Of a stretch of 64,000 nucleotides of DNA, positions 12,547 through 23,961 are shown in pieces; the stretch's first letter is position 1; every line of letters starts with the position of its first letter. This DNA is from Oikopleura dioica (Eukaryota > Animalia > Chordata), in the NCBI GenBank assembly GCA_907165135.1, contig OU015568.1, positions 2,356,001 to 2,420,000 on the forward strand, written 5' to 3'. A program made the translations under genes and the position numbers. The notes under the pieces were generated by a model. The model saw only the letters and a list, made by a program, of their open reading frames with translations, was not told the origin of the DNA and made no database searches.

Positions 12547-14423
12547 GCCTTCAATGATTTTTTGCAAACAGGTAGTTAGCGAAAAAACTGTGTCAGAAAT
12601 ATTTGCAATGATTGAACAAATAAAGGGGAGTGTGAAGAAAATTTTTCTCTTTTTTTCAATGATGTCATATTTGCTCGTAAAATGAGTAAAATCTCGTAAA
12701 TCAAGATCTTGGAAAAAGATTTGTTTTATTCGAATTTTGAGGAAAGTAATTGGCAAGGTCACGGAGTTGCTGAGAAGAGGACACCACAAAGCATGTTAGA
12801 CGAGCGCTGCTTTACCGGAAAATGTGAACGGTCGTAATGTCAGTGGCTGTCAAGGTGCAAAAACAGCAAAAAAAGAAGACAAACGAAGCTCACGTTCAAT
12901 TTTTGAACCTTCCTGAGCCATCGGCGCCGACGCCCAAATGAACCTCAAATTCCATTTCGTCGAGCTTTTTAGCGGTTCAACTGTGGATTCCGCTCTCCGG
13001 AGGGAGCTAGTAATGTGCATAGATAAGATAAGTACTGATACTACAAGCTCAGAACCGCGCCTCGTCGGGCAGAGGACAAGTCAAAATCTAAAATGAAAAA
13101 TTTCGAAACGAAAATTCAGCAATTGAGCTTACCTGAATAGCTACTGCTGTTTCACTTTGGTAAGCATGTAGCATAACTTCATCCCTTAGTGGCGTAAATT
13201 GCTTATTCGCCTGCGCCGCGCCGGCCACAGTTCTAAATCAAATTACGACTCCATTGAATAAGCCCCTCACTTTCGAAAAAATAAAGAAGCGCTTGATTCT
13301 TTATTGAAAAAAATTGTTTTCACAAAACGTGTTCTTGCAATAACCATTTCTTAGTTGACATAAAATCAAGTCTTTTCCCGCCCTTTTTTTTTAAATAGCT
13401 AATGCGCTGCGTAAATTACTCAAAATAATTACTTGCGAAGTAAATTATCGAAAACGATTTCTAGCAGAAAATATTTTTCTCGATTTTTTTTTCCATAAAA
13501 AATTCAACCGACGATGAAAATAAGAGATAATACCTGATAGACGTTGCAACGGTTTTGTTTTCATTGGCCCCCCATCGCCGGATAACTGAACCGCCATCAC
13601 CCGATTGTGGCAAATTTTATCACTTACAATTATGGTCACAACTCTGTTGAACAAAAATTGCTCAAAAACGCGATCATCCAACGTTTTTTTTTTCTCGAAA
13701 AATATTCTTTCTTTTCAAAAATTGTGACCCTTACAAATCTTGGAATTAAAACTTCAAGCTCCTCGTCAGAAACATAAACATTCGTGTCTTGTATAAAGGG
13801 TTTGAGAAGCATTTTTGAAAAGCGAAACTTTAAAATTCTAGGGCTTTATTAGTTTTCCTCAAACCCGGCCCTTGAAACACAAGATCTCTTGAATTGGACT
13901 CGAACTCGACTAAAGATAAAAATAATTCGACCCTTTTTGACAGCGCAGAATTTTTAAAACGAACCTTCTTTCAGAGACTTTTGCATGATTTTGCAAAAGA
14001 GAAGTTCTTCTTCCAGGACAATTCTAGTGTTTTCCGCGGCATTTGTGCTCTCTTGTTTGCTTCTGAAAATAAAGTCTTTGATGAAAAGAAGGTTGTTTTA
14101 CTTTTTTCTTCGTTCAGCTTTCGGCATTTTTGCGAAATCAAGTCAAAAATAAGCTCTTATCTTTTGAATTTATACGTTCACGCCTAAGGGGATTAGCTCG
14201 AGGGTTAAAAATGGCCTTTTATAGAGCATTAAAATATATTATTTTCTTACCCGGTCATTTTCTCTATCGTAAAGGAAAAATTTAAAATGTCAAAAAGAAA
14301 TCTTTTCAAAAGAATATTTAGTACGGAGTTTTATTATTCTCAAGGGCAATCAGTCCCGCAAAGAGAGAGAAAGCGCAACGCATAAGGAAAGCGAGATCAG
14401 CCGCGTCAGAAGTAGATAGATAG

Positions 14424-14544
14424 GAGGGAGGCGATTTTCTGGCAGTTAGATTTTCTGGCAGTTAGACTTTCTGGCAAAGGCGATTTTCTGGCAATGCCAG
14501 AAAATCTAATATGCCAGAAAGTCTAACTGCCAGAAAATCGCCTC
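14424..14544. repeat. Left terminal inverted repeat of the MULE, built of TTAGA(T/C)TTTCTGGCAG-type subrepeats and internally palindromic
   Basis: Direct reading of the sequence. Confidence 0.9.
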
Positions 14545-15707
14545 TTTTGATTTCACATCTATAGTTAATGATCCTGGAAGATAAAAAACGGAGAGAAGAA
14601 GAGCTCGGAATTCATCTTCTGATTCTTCTGAGAAATAGTCAGGCGCGCGTGGGCGGCGCGCTCCTCCCTTATTCGCCGCGCTGTGCTCGCCTGAATTTAG
14701 TTGATAAATCAACGGTTTTTCAAGCGGAAATGATGAAGATCAGAGAAGAATTAACTGCCAGAGGAATTAGAGAAGAATTAACTGCCTATAAAATTTTGCC
14801 CAATTCGCTTAAAACTTATGAACTGTGTTTCCGCTTTGTTTCGCCTCCAAACTTCAACCTTTCGTATTTAATGTATGATGCGTTTTCTTCTCTCTTTCGA
14901 TGCACAAACCGTTGATAAGTTAAATGTTTCTATTTTTTTTCAATTTTTGACATTAAAGCTTTACGAGTTGCGAAACTAAAATACTGTCTATCATTTTTAA
15001 ATTTTAATTCAGAATTTCAATTTCAGAAAGGACTCAGTGTTGAAAATTGACCATATAAAATAACAACGGGGAGAATATTGAACCCGTTATAATTGTGGGC
15101 CTCCAGAAGAATTTACCCGTTATAATTGTGCCCTTTCTTTAATTTAACATGATTTTGAACTCCTCGAAAGATATTGAAGAACTTCCTGCCAGTATTCTTC
15201 TCGCAGACAACAAAGAAAGCTTCCGAATTCTAGGAACTCGATGAATCAACAAAACGACGTGCTCGATTCCATCTTTAGGAGCTCCAACGAAGAAGAAAAA
15301 TATATAGGAAAGGAGTTTCGAATTTTCTTTTGCAATCAATTTTTTCACTTATTGGTTTATTTTTCAGCGGCTTCAATTAACTGAGACGTTACAAATTTAC
15401 CGGTGCAAATGCGTCAAATACAGTGCTGTGATTGGCTGAATTAGGGACACGTAGTCCTTTGAAAAATGAAAAATCGCCATAAATCCGAAATTTTTTGAGA
15501 TCTCGAAAATCTGAGATGATACTGGCATAGAGCTTGAGATTCTCCGTCGATACGTATAAAGATGTCTTGGGCTACAATGTAACCCTTAGGCGCTAGAGCA
15601 ACAGCAAGTTTGCCCCGGTAATTTTGTAACGGCTCTGACCTATGGAAATCGTCCGTAACGAATGTAACGAGTTTGATGAAAATGTAAGGAGCTTTTTTTA
15701 TAGAACA

Positions 15708-18700
15708 TCAGAAGTCTTCTTCGTCGGAAGTGGCGAGTACTTCTTTTAATTGGCGCATCAAATCGTCATCGTCTTTTTATTATTTATCAAGTTATTCTAA
15801 TTAAATACAATTAAATAAGAAACCATTATATACGTGTAAACAATCCTGGGATATCTGCTTTTCTCATTTCTTCGCGTTTTCGCAATTTCGCATTTTCCGC
15901 CTTCATTTTTTCCAGCTCTTCCCGTAACTCTGCGATCAACTCTTCATTTTGTTCTTTTTTTCTTTGAATGGTTTGACGCCGTTTATTTGCTATATCAGCA
16001 TAGTAGCCCTAAATATTCTGCTATTTTCTTAAAGAAACATACAAGCATTACCTTAGGATCATTTTCTCTTTTTTTTCGATTTCTTTCTTTAAGAATTTTC
16101 TTTTCTTTCGCAATTTGGGCTGCCAAACGCACTTCGGCTTCAGTTTTCTTCTTTTTCTTTTTTGGTGGGGAATCATGCTCGCAATAGGTTGATTTTTTCG
16201 CATTCCGCTTCACTTTTGCGCACAAACTACGCGTATTTTGCGAAGATTCGGGGCGCTCATCTAGAATAATTAACATTCTGCTTGATAAAACTAAACTTAC
16301 GATCCGATTCAGAATCTGACAATGAAAGATCCCGCGTTTTGCGCTGTTTTGCGGATTTTGCGCTGCGAATATACTTCCGTGGCTGCTTGGGTTCAGATAG
16401 AACCAGCTTTTCGGGACTAGTTCTGTCATCAAAATTCCGGTAAGAATCAGATGTTGGACGAGAACGATTAGCTTGTCCGGCTTCGTCATTTTCTTAAATG
16501 AAAGTCATTTATTTTTTAAATATGGACAGTTACCTTGCTCCGATTCTGAAGACGAAGGACGATTTGGAAACTGTTTTCTGATCGTTTCATCTATCTCATC
16601 GGTTTTATCCAGAAGTCGTTCCCAATGTATTGGAGATGGCGATTTTTCAACTAGAAATATTAAATTTTTGATATTTACATTTTTGATATATTACAGTTTT
16701 CAGGCTCACGATCCTCATTGTCCGACGGTAAAGAGTCCACTGGAGGTGGGTCGAACTCATGGATAACAGCTGGCACATCGACTTCATCATTGCTCGTCTC
16801 CTCATCGACTCTTCTTTCCACTCTTTGAACTGGCTGAGCGATTGGCGCCGCAACTCTTCTCAAATCGAATTCTCCTCCTTGCTGAGCGAAAGGATCTGGG
16901 TCAACTTGCTCACCAGCTGTTTCTTGCTCATCGCGAACTGGGGACATCACAGGCATTGCTTCTTGAAACTGGTATGACTAAATAATTTTTATTTTTGTAT
17001 AAAAAATAGTAACTATACGTCAGCTGTTGATTCTTTAATCAAATTTTGAAATACAGCAGTTTCTGGTTGCGTGGCGTTGTTGATAAAATGTCGGAGTTTC
17101 TGAGTAGATTTCAATGACTCGGCCTTTGATCTGGCCCTCATCAAGCCGAAGCCGACAGAAACAATTGCTTCTTCGATTGAGCCATTTTCTGCGCATTTTT
17201 TGTCAAATCTTGCTAGCTGCTCGTAGCGTACAACCGCAACTAAGGCGCACAATCTGTCATTTTTAGTACTTTGCTGGCTGTTGCTCTCAAGCTTAGCAAT
17301 TTCCGTACTGAAGCTTTCACTTTTAAAGCCATTAGCAATGGAGATGACCGTAGATAGCTCTGTCGCATTGTTGATTCCTTGATCCACCAGGGATGAGTTC
17401 TAAACATTTAATTTTAGTTGGAATCGCATCTTCACGAATTCGATGTTTTTACAAGATTTCCCATCGAAAAAAGGTAACTTACCATGATTTCAAGACTGTT
17501 ATTAGTCAAGAATTTTGAACCATTCCTCGCTCCTATCGATAATGCAAGGGCCCATGAACTAGGAGGGAATTTAGCATCGTCATTCAAGTACGTCGTAGAA
17601 AGATATCTGTAGAACTCATTAATCTCGTCTTTGATTAGTGGTGTAGACAGTTCATCAAGTGTTCGACGCAAAAGCTGCATAAATGTGTCGTAGAATGTAG
17701 GTTCGGTCAAGTGAATGAATGGGATCGCATGGATGAGTGCTTGGAGTATCTTTCCATTTTTCTCCCAGAGTGCCAACAGTCCATGACTTTGTAAATATCT
17801 TCTAACACTCTGTAACCAATGAAAGTAGCACCCAACCATGCGTAGATTCTTCTCCGGCCATGTTTCGCGAATCGAATTTCTGAGCCCAGGTTCGAAATCG
17901 GACGAGACAGTTGTAAATTCAGAATCAGGACAAAGTTTCTTTTTGTAGATCAATTTACAGTTTTTCAGGAAAATCGGCTGCTCTGCTATTCAAAACTACC
18001 GAACGGCCGATTGTGGTCCTCATCAACGTTATTACACACGACAAATTCGCTGCCGAACCAAGTAAGTTCAAAATTTTCAATATTGATCATTTCCTTTAAA
18101 GCCTCAAAGACAATCTTGTAGCCTTCTTTAGACTGACCCTTGAGAATAATAAAGAATCTAGGATTAACACTATCATCTCGGTCTCTTGATCCAATAATGA
18201 GGAGTTGACGGTAGCCAAACTTCTTTTGCTGGCCTTTCGTAAAGAATTTACCGTCAACAAACCAGTGTTTTGAAGAGGTCAGCATGCGCAAATCGTGTTG
18301 AGTCGCAAAAGCTAGAGCTTCATCCCATATCGGGCTTCGTTGTTCCGGCGAAAGAAACTCATTCATTAGAATCCATTTTGTTTCACCATCGCCTTTTCGT
18401 GATTTATTAATGAATTATTACTTTTCAATGTTCGTTTCGTGAAACAAAAATGATGTCCTCGTTGTCTCCACCTTACCCCTCATCTTTCGAATCGTTTTTA
18501 ATCAAGCTACATTTGGTTTAGGTTCCATCCGACTAAAGACAGTAAAGTACAATGCAAAACACGAGCACGAATATGTCAATAACTTCAAAGTCTTGCAAAA
18601 CTCGTTCAAAAAAAATGGGCGTAGATAAGGTTTGTCTTCATCAAAATTATAACTCTACACAGAAACAAGAAATTAGACTACGTTGACGCGCCACAAAGTT

Positions 18701-20823
18701 ATGAAGCAGATTCTGAAACCTTCGCAAGACACAATATTCTCTGCGAGAAGAAAGGACTCTGGACTCTGCCAGCTGATTATCCACAGGTAAAGCGTATCAC
18801 TCAGAACTTTCTTTACAGTTATTCAGACAATTCTTGAGTGCTTCCAGCGAGGAAGAGAGACCGCCAGTGATAATGCTATCATTTGAGGCACTCCGACGCC
18901 AGATTTGACAGATTACACGACCCGTACTTATGGCGAGTTCGCTGCAACATCTCAATACCTGGCGAATTCACTGAAAAAGCACGGACTTATCAGTGGAGAA
19001 AGCAAAATTGCGATCTACTCGTCGAATTGCTACGAATACGACGCAGTAATCATTGGAGGATACTATCAAAATATATGCAATGTTTCGCTTTACGATACTT
19101 TTGGTGAACAAGCAGTCAAATACATTCTCGAGCACGTAAGTTTACAACTTCTTTACGAGATTATTTTTACTTTTTCTTCAGATTGAAGCTCCAATCTGCT
19201 TCGTTCAAAATCAAAAGAAACTTGACCTCATTCTCAAAATCAAGCCTGCTCATCTTCAAACAATCGTTGTGTTTCGAAAATTCAAGAAGGTCAAGTCCTC
19301 CAATTATAAAATCATAAGTTTCGACGATTTTATTGCAATCGGAAAAGACAGCTCGTTTGATAATGTTCCGCCGACTTCTTCAGGTAAAAATGATAAAAAT
19401 AGGGGCGATCATTTAATTTCATTATTCAGACATTGCTACGATCAATTACACATCCGACACGACTGGCGATCCGAAAGGCGTCGTCTTGACTCACAAGAAC
19501 ATCTGCACCGTCTGCTGTGGCATTACAATCTTCTCGGTTAAAGAGCCTTGGAAAACAAGCGACGTCTGGTTCAGCTATTTGCCGATGGCTAATATTTTTT
19601 AAACTTGTTGACGTGCCCGACATGGATTATTATGCGCGCGAAGGAAAAGGAGAAATCTGCTTCCGTGGCGACAACGTCATGCAAAGTAATTTCCTTTCAC
19701 CACTGTCAAGTGTCTCACACTTCGTTCAATGGTTTAAAAAGTTTTTCGACGCTAACTATCAGGTAAATCAAAAAGAACGCGAAATCCTTTTTCAATTCTG
19801 ATTTCAAAGGGAGAACCTCTTGGTCCCGTTCATGCGAGAGCGAACGCTGGTGTGACTCCCCGCTTCAAATTCGCTGCAGTTTCTACAACAGCAAAGAAAG
19901 CACCCGCTCGAGCTGGAGCTCCCGCTGCTCGGGTCCTCGAAGCCCCAAGAACTCCTGCATCGTAAGAGAAGCCGCTTGCGGCTTCGAATTTATGTTAGTT
20001 CAGGGAAAGACAAAGGAAAAAGAAGAACGCACGGCCTCTGCTTTTCTACCGTATCAAGGATGTCCCAAGCTCTAAAGGATAATTCAACTCAAGATTTAAC
20101 TAAACTATATTCACTGTCATTTCTTTCGTGCATCTGTGCTCGGTCAAATAAATCACTTTCCTAGTACTGTCATCCAGTCTTCCAAGCGTCGAGGATCAGG
20201 AACTGTAGCGGCCTTTATTTTTCTTTCGTACTTTCTGGAATTCTGAGCAAGACGTCTCATCTCCTTTTTCGTGAAAAGATTGCCTCTTTCCATGCTCGAA
20301 AGTTGTGAATCTTTTTGAACTTCTCCACGAATTGTCTGTTGACTTTTTGGGCGAATTTGGTTCCTGTTGAGCATGGACACAGTCGTTGCGTACTGTAATC
20401 GCTTCTTTTCGAGTGCATCGTTCTTCAGACATTTATTCATGTGAATGTCTACTTTCGACTCTAGCTTTCCACATCGCCAATTGCTGAGCTCAAAAAAACG
20501 AGGAGATTCCATATCAACAACTTTTGCAAACATCCAAATCTTCGTTGAACAGCGGAATGAAGCGTCTTTCGAATATGATTGATTTTCACACTCGACTCGC
20601 ATCTTGAAACGGAAGTCAGGATCGTCGTTTTTAGAATGCAGAATCGTTTTCTTCGCTTTTCTTGCTTTGAAAGCAAATGATCTGGAAGCAACTTTGACGA
20701 GGAAGGATGCATTGTTTTTTGAGTTTCGTTGAATCGTTACCAAGGCAGGGTTTTCGACAGTACCACCAATGTTTTCTTACACGTTTTATAAAAATTCATT
20801 GACAAAGGCCACTTTTGACCCAT
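15708..20823 (-). CDS. MULE transposase, about 10 exons: N-terminal Zn-finger-like region, DDE core, long acidic/basic coiled C-terminus
   Basis: WFVDGKFF (first Asp), [18 protein letters not shown]...VGCYFHW (second Asp plus CxFH) and TNNSLE (Glu) match the MULE core. The ORF at 20153-20743 has C...C...H residues. Frame-consistent splice sites can be placed between all ORFs. The first and last micro-exons are tentative. Confidence 0.8.
18615..19685 (+). pseudogene. Captured, decayed long-chain fatty-acyl-CoA synthetase (ACSL-like) fragment with its introns retained
   Basis: [17 protein letters not shown]...[40 protein letters not shown] and [11 protein letters not shown] motifs. Decay: in-frame TGA at 18884-18886, G>D in the AMP-binding loop, and a large internal deletion at about 19600. 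Confidence 0.85.
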
Positions 20824-21387
20824 TTATTCAAGATTAATAGCTGTAGCAAACATAAATCAGCTTCTTCCGGGAATTTCTGTGTTAATCACCCGGTGTTTGC
20901 ATCTGATTTCGAGTACTTGGTCACAGTGAGCACCCACTGAGATAATGGCGCACGCAAATGCTTTTTGAAACTGAACTTGTTATAAAACTATCCTGAAAAT
21001 TCTTCCTCAGAAGGTGGTGGAATCGGTGTCAGTTTCAACATTTTTCTATCCGCATTCTCTTCATCATCCTCCATTTTCTCAGAAAAATCAAAATCTAACT
21101 TTTCAGCTGCCTGTTAACCCGTTTGTTACTCCGAAAATAGCAAGAACGAACTGTGGATGCTGCCCTCATTCTATTTTTAGCGCAGAAATTTCAATTCCAA
21201 ATTCGTCGTCTTTTTTAGCGCCCTGAATAGTCGGCTTTTAGATCAAACGCTCCCGTCGAAAGGTGCAAACTCCTGCTGAAACTGCTCCGGAATGAAATTT
21301 GTGTGATAATCACCAGTTTTTCGAATTTATAAATGATTTTATTAAAAAGAGTTTTTTGCAGAGTTTCAAATAATATGCATACTAAAA

Positions 21388-21539
21388 AGGCGATTTTCTG
21401 GCAGTTAGACTTTCTGGCAGTTAGATTTTCTGGCAAAGGCGATTTTCTGGAAGTTAGATTTTCTGGCAGTGCCAGAAAATCGCCTTTGCCAGAAAGTCTA
21501 ACTGCCAGAAAATCTAACTGCCAGAAAATCGCCTCTCTC
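21388..21539. repeat. Right terminal inverted repeat of the MULE (subrepeat-built, palindromic)
   Basis: Reverse complement of the left TIR, with one extra subrepeat module. Confidence 0.9.
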
Positions 21540-21911
21540 GATAGATAGTGTTTATCCTGGCTAGACTTATCTCTTCGACCGCGGCGGACGTACTTTTTCA
21601 ACCACGTGACTGTTTGCTTTGTTCACCGCTCAACTGAATAACCGTTCAAAATGTGCTGATTATCGCTTTAGATTTTGGACGAATCAGACTGCACCGTTTT
21701 CAAGAGCTCTAGAACTTGATAAGATGGAAAGAATTGTCAAATATTAAGGGGGTTGCCTCCGCTATGTCATTTTTCTAATCAGCTGATAACAAATCATTTC
21801 AAAATCTTCCTATAACACACACTTTCATCGCTCGTAAAAACGATGACTAACCCGGTCCACGCGCGGTTATTTTCAAGAACATTTTCTTCCTCATCATTTT
21901 TCTTTCATAAA

Positions 21912-23217
21912 ATGCTCGATTCCGAACAAACTAAAAGAGAAAAAATCAAAGAGTTCCGTCTTCTGACCGACGTTCCCGACCACCACGATACGGAAGCATT
22001 TTTGTTACAACGAGGTTGGAATCTTCAACGAGCGCTAAATGACTTTTTCGATGCGAATCGGAATATTGAAGAGATACCGCCACTGCCTCTTGCGGGATCA
22101 TTCACCAATTCCTCCTTATCCCCTTCTTCCGCAAGTGGGACAAGGACGAGACACTATCAAACTGTTCGATCGCGAGTTGTCACCAATAATTCCAGTTCAA
22201 TTTGGCAAAGAATCGAGGAAAACAGGACACCGACACGTCGTCGAGCCCCATCTCCCCCACGAAATCGTCCTCCTCAAAGATCCTTTGTCACAGATCAGTA
22301 TCCCACTCACCCTCCCCCTCCAAGAACAACATCAATAAATCAAGATCGCCCGAAACGTCAAGCTCCTCCACCGCCCATTCAGAGAAGCTCTGATACCATT
22401 GGCCTTGACCATACACCAGTCTCTTCAAGAACCAGTCAAGAAAGAGACACAAATCCTGCAAGAAGTGATGTTAACCCGACACCAGCTTCACCAGCGACGC
22501 TTCAAAGGCATCCAACGTTGAATAAGAAGCAACAGAATCTCGCACTCAAAGTTGTGAAAAACTTTTCAAGTAGATACTTTCACATTCATTTTTTATTCTA
22601 TTCTAGAACTTTTAGATCGTCCAAAACGACAAGCGCCGGAAGCCCCAGATGAGCCACCAGAAGTCGATGAAAAAGTAAGTGCTTTTTTCTCGTTTATTTC
22701 TCATCGGGAATTTCAGGTTGAATTGGAGTCGAAGAAAAAGGAATTGAAAGAACTAGAAGAGAAGTTAGAGGGCTTATTGACATGTTCTATTTGCTGTGGA
22801 GATATGGAAAGAAAGGCGCGGCTCAAAATATTTAAGATTCAAATTTGATTTGTCCATGTATTTTGAACACGTTATATAGGCAGCTCTTCAGGATTGTGGT
22901 CACGTGTTTTGCGTTGATTGCTGCCAACGGTTCTATTCTGCATTCAGAGTACGTACAAATAGCTTCTCATTGCCCCGGTTCAAGTAGCTTAACCCTTCCC
23001 AAACAGAAATTGAAGCTCTAAAAAGGGAAAATCCGGAAATGAGATAGGATTCCTATCTTTTATTTTTGACATGACATCGTTTCCGGAAGAGTTTCTAGCG
23101 AAAAACTCGAAAAAAGACGAACCAAGTTTTCAGTTTTTTTCTTCTAAAAATACATTTTAGCGCGAATGTCCCATCTGCCGAAAATCCTTCAACGACTACA
23201 TTCAACTGTTCATGTGA
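21912..23217 (+). CDS. UBA-like domain, Pro/Ser/Thr-rich linker and C-terminal C3HC4 RING finger (putative E3 ligase)
   Basis: FLLQRGWNLQRALNDFFD (UBA-like). Spliced RING TCSICC...CGHVFCVDC...ECPICRK ends QLFM*. Confidence 0.8.
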
Positions 23218-23773
23218 GAAAAAAAAAGAAGAGGCGATAAGCAAAAAATAAATCAGCACAACCCAGAAAAATTTGTTAAAAACGAACTTGCAAGTAATAG
23301 CCCCACCCTTCGCCTGAATAAAACTTTAAATCCTGTTTACAAGAGTAAAAGTGGAAAAGACGGGATAACCCGGATGCGATTTATTTTTTTCTGTCGTTGC
23401 TCATACAACTTTAAATAAACGATAATTTCTACAGGGAAACGCCAAGAATTGAAAAAAACGGATCATGACAAAAACGCTTGATTTTTCAATTCAGAAAGCA
23501 CGTTTTGAACAATGGTCAATTACGGTCGTTAGGCCGTGGCGTATTAAGATTTTTCAAGCGAACATGGCATTAACGTTTTTTAGAAATTCCCTCTAACTGC
23601 ACTCATTTCATTTGGAATCTGCCTGCGCGTTGTTTGGTACAAACAAAAATGTTGCGCGGGGTTGAAAAAGTTTATTTCCAAAAATTTAAGATTCAATAAA
23701 ATTCAATTAGATTGAAGAAATAACATTAATAAGGATCAGAAGAACTAAGATAAAGACTACATCATACAGTTAA

Positions 23774-23961
23774 GGAGGGGGTCGACGAGAATCGGGATTT
23801 CCGTGACCAAAAATGCGGGAAAACCTGATCAGATAAGCAAAATCTGAGTTTACTGGCAAATAGAAAAGGGTTGAAAAAATTAACCGGCGAGAACAAGAAA
23901 AAATTTTGGCCGGAAAAAATCGGTCAAAAATCAAGAAAAAATTCTCGTCGACACCCCCCCC
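23774..23961. mobile_element. Small MITE with GG termini, possibly Kolobok-like
   Basis: GGAGGGGGTCGACGAGAAT...ATTCTCGTCGACACCCCCCCC inverted ends. TTAA lies on the left and TCAA (one mismatch) on the right. Confidence 0.45.

Larger units (their letters stand above)
6781..13316. repeat. Tandem segmental duplication, copy 2
   Basis: Matches 245-6780 apart from four homopolymer indels and one substitution that I found (T2455/C8989). Unique sequence resumes after 13316. Confidence 0.97.
14424..21539 (-). mobile_element. Mutator-like DNA transposon (MULE), 7116 bp, carrying a captured host-gene fragment
   Basis: Ends GAGGGAGGCGATTTTCTGGCAG... and ...CTGCCAGAAAATCGCCTCTCTC are inverted repeats for about 85 bp. 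They are flanked by the 9-bp direct repeat GATAGATAG (14415-14423 and 21540-21548). An internal MULE-type DDE transposase is present. Confidence 0.92.

Noticed and set aside
14424-14544. Short repeated units here and at 21388-21539 resembling a CRISPR array
   Set aside because: No unique spacers, the units are adjacent and inverted, the context is eukaryotic, and they form TIRs bounded by a 9-bp TSD.
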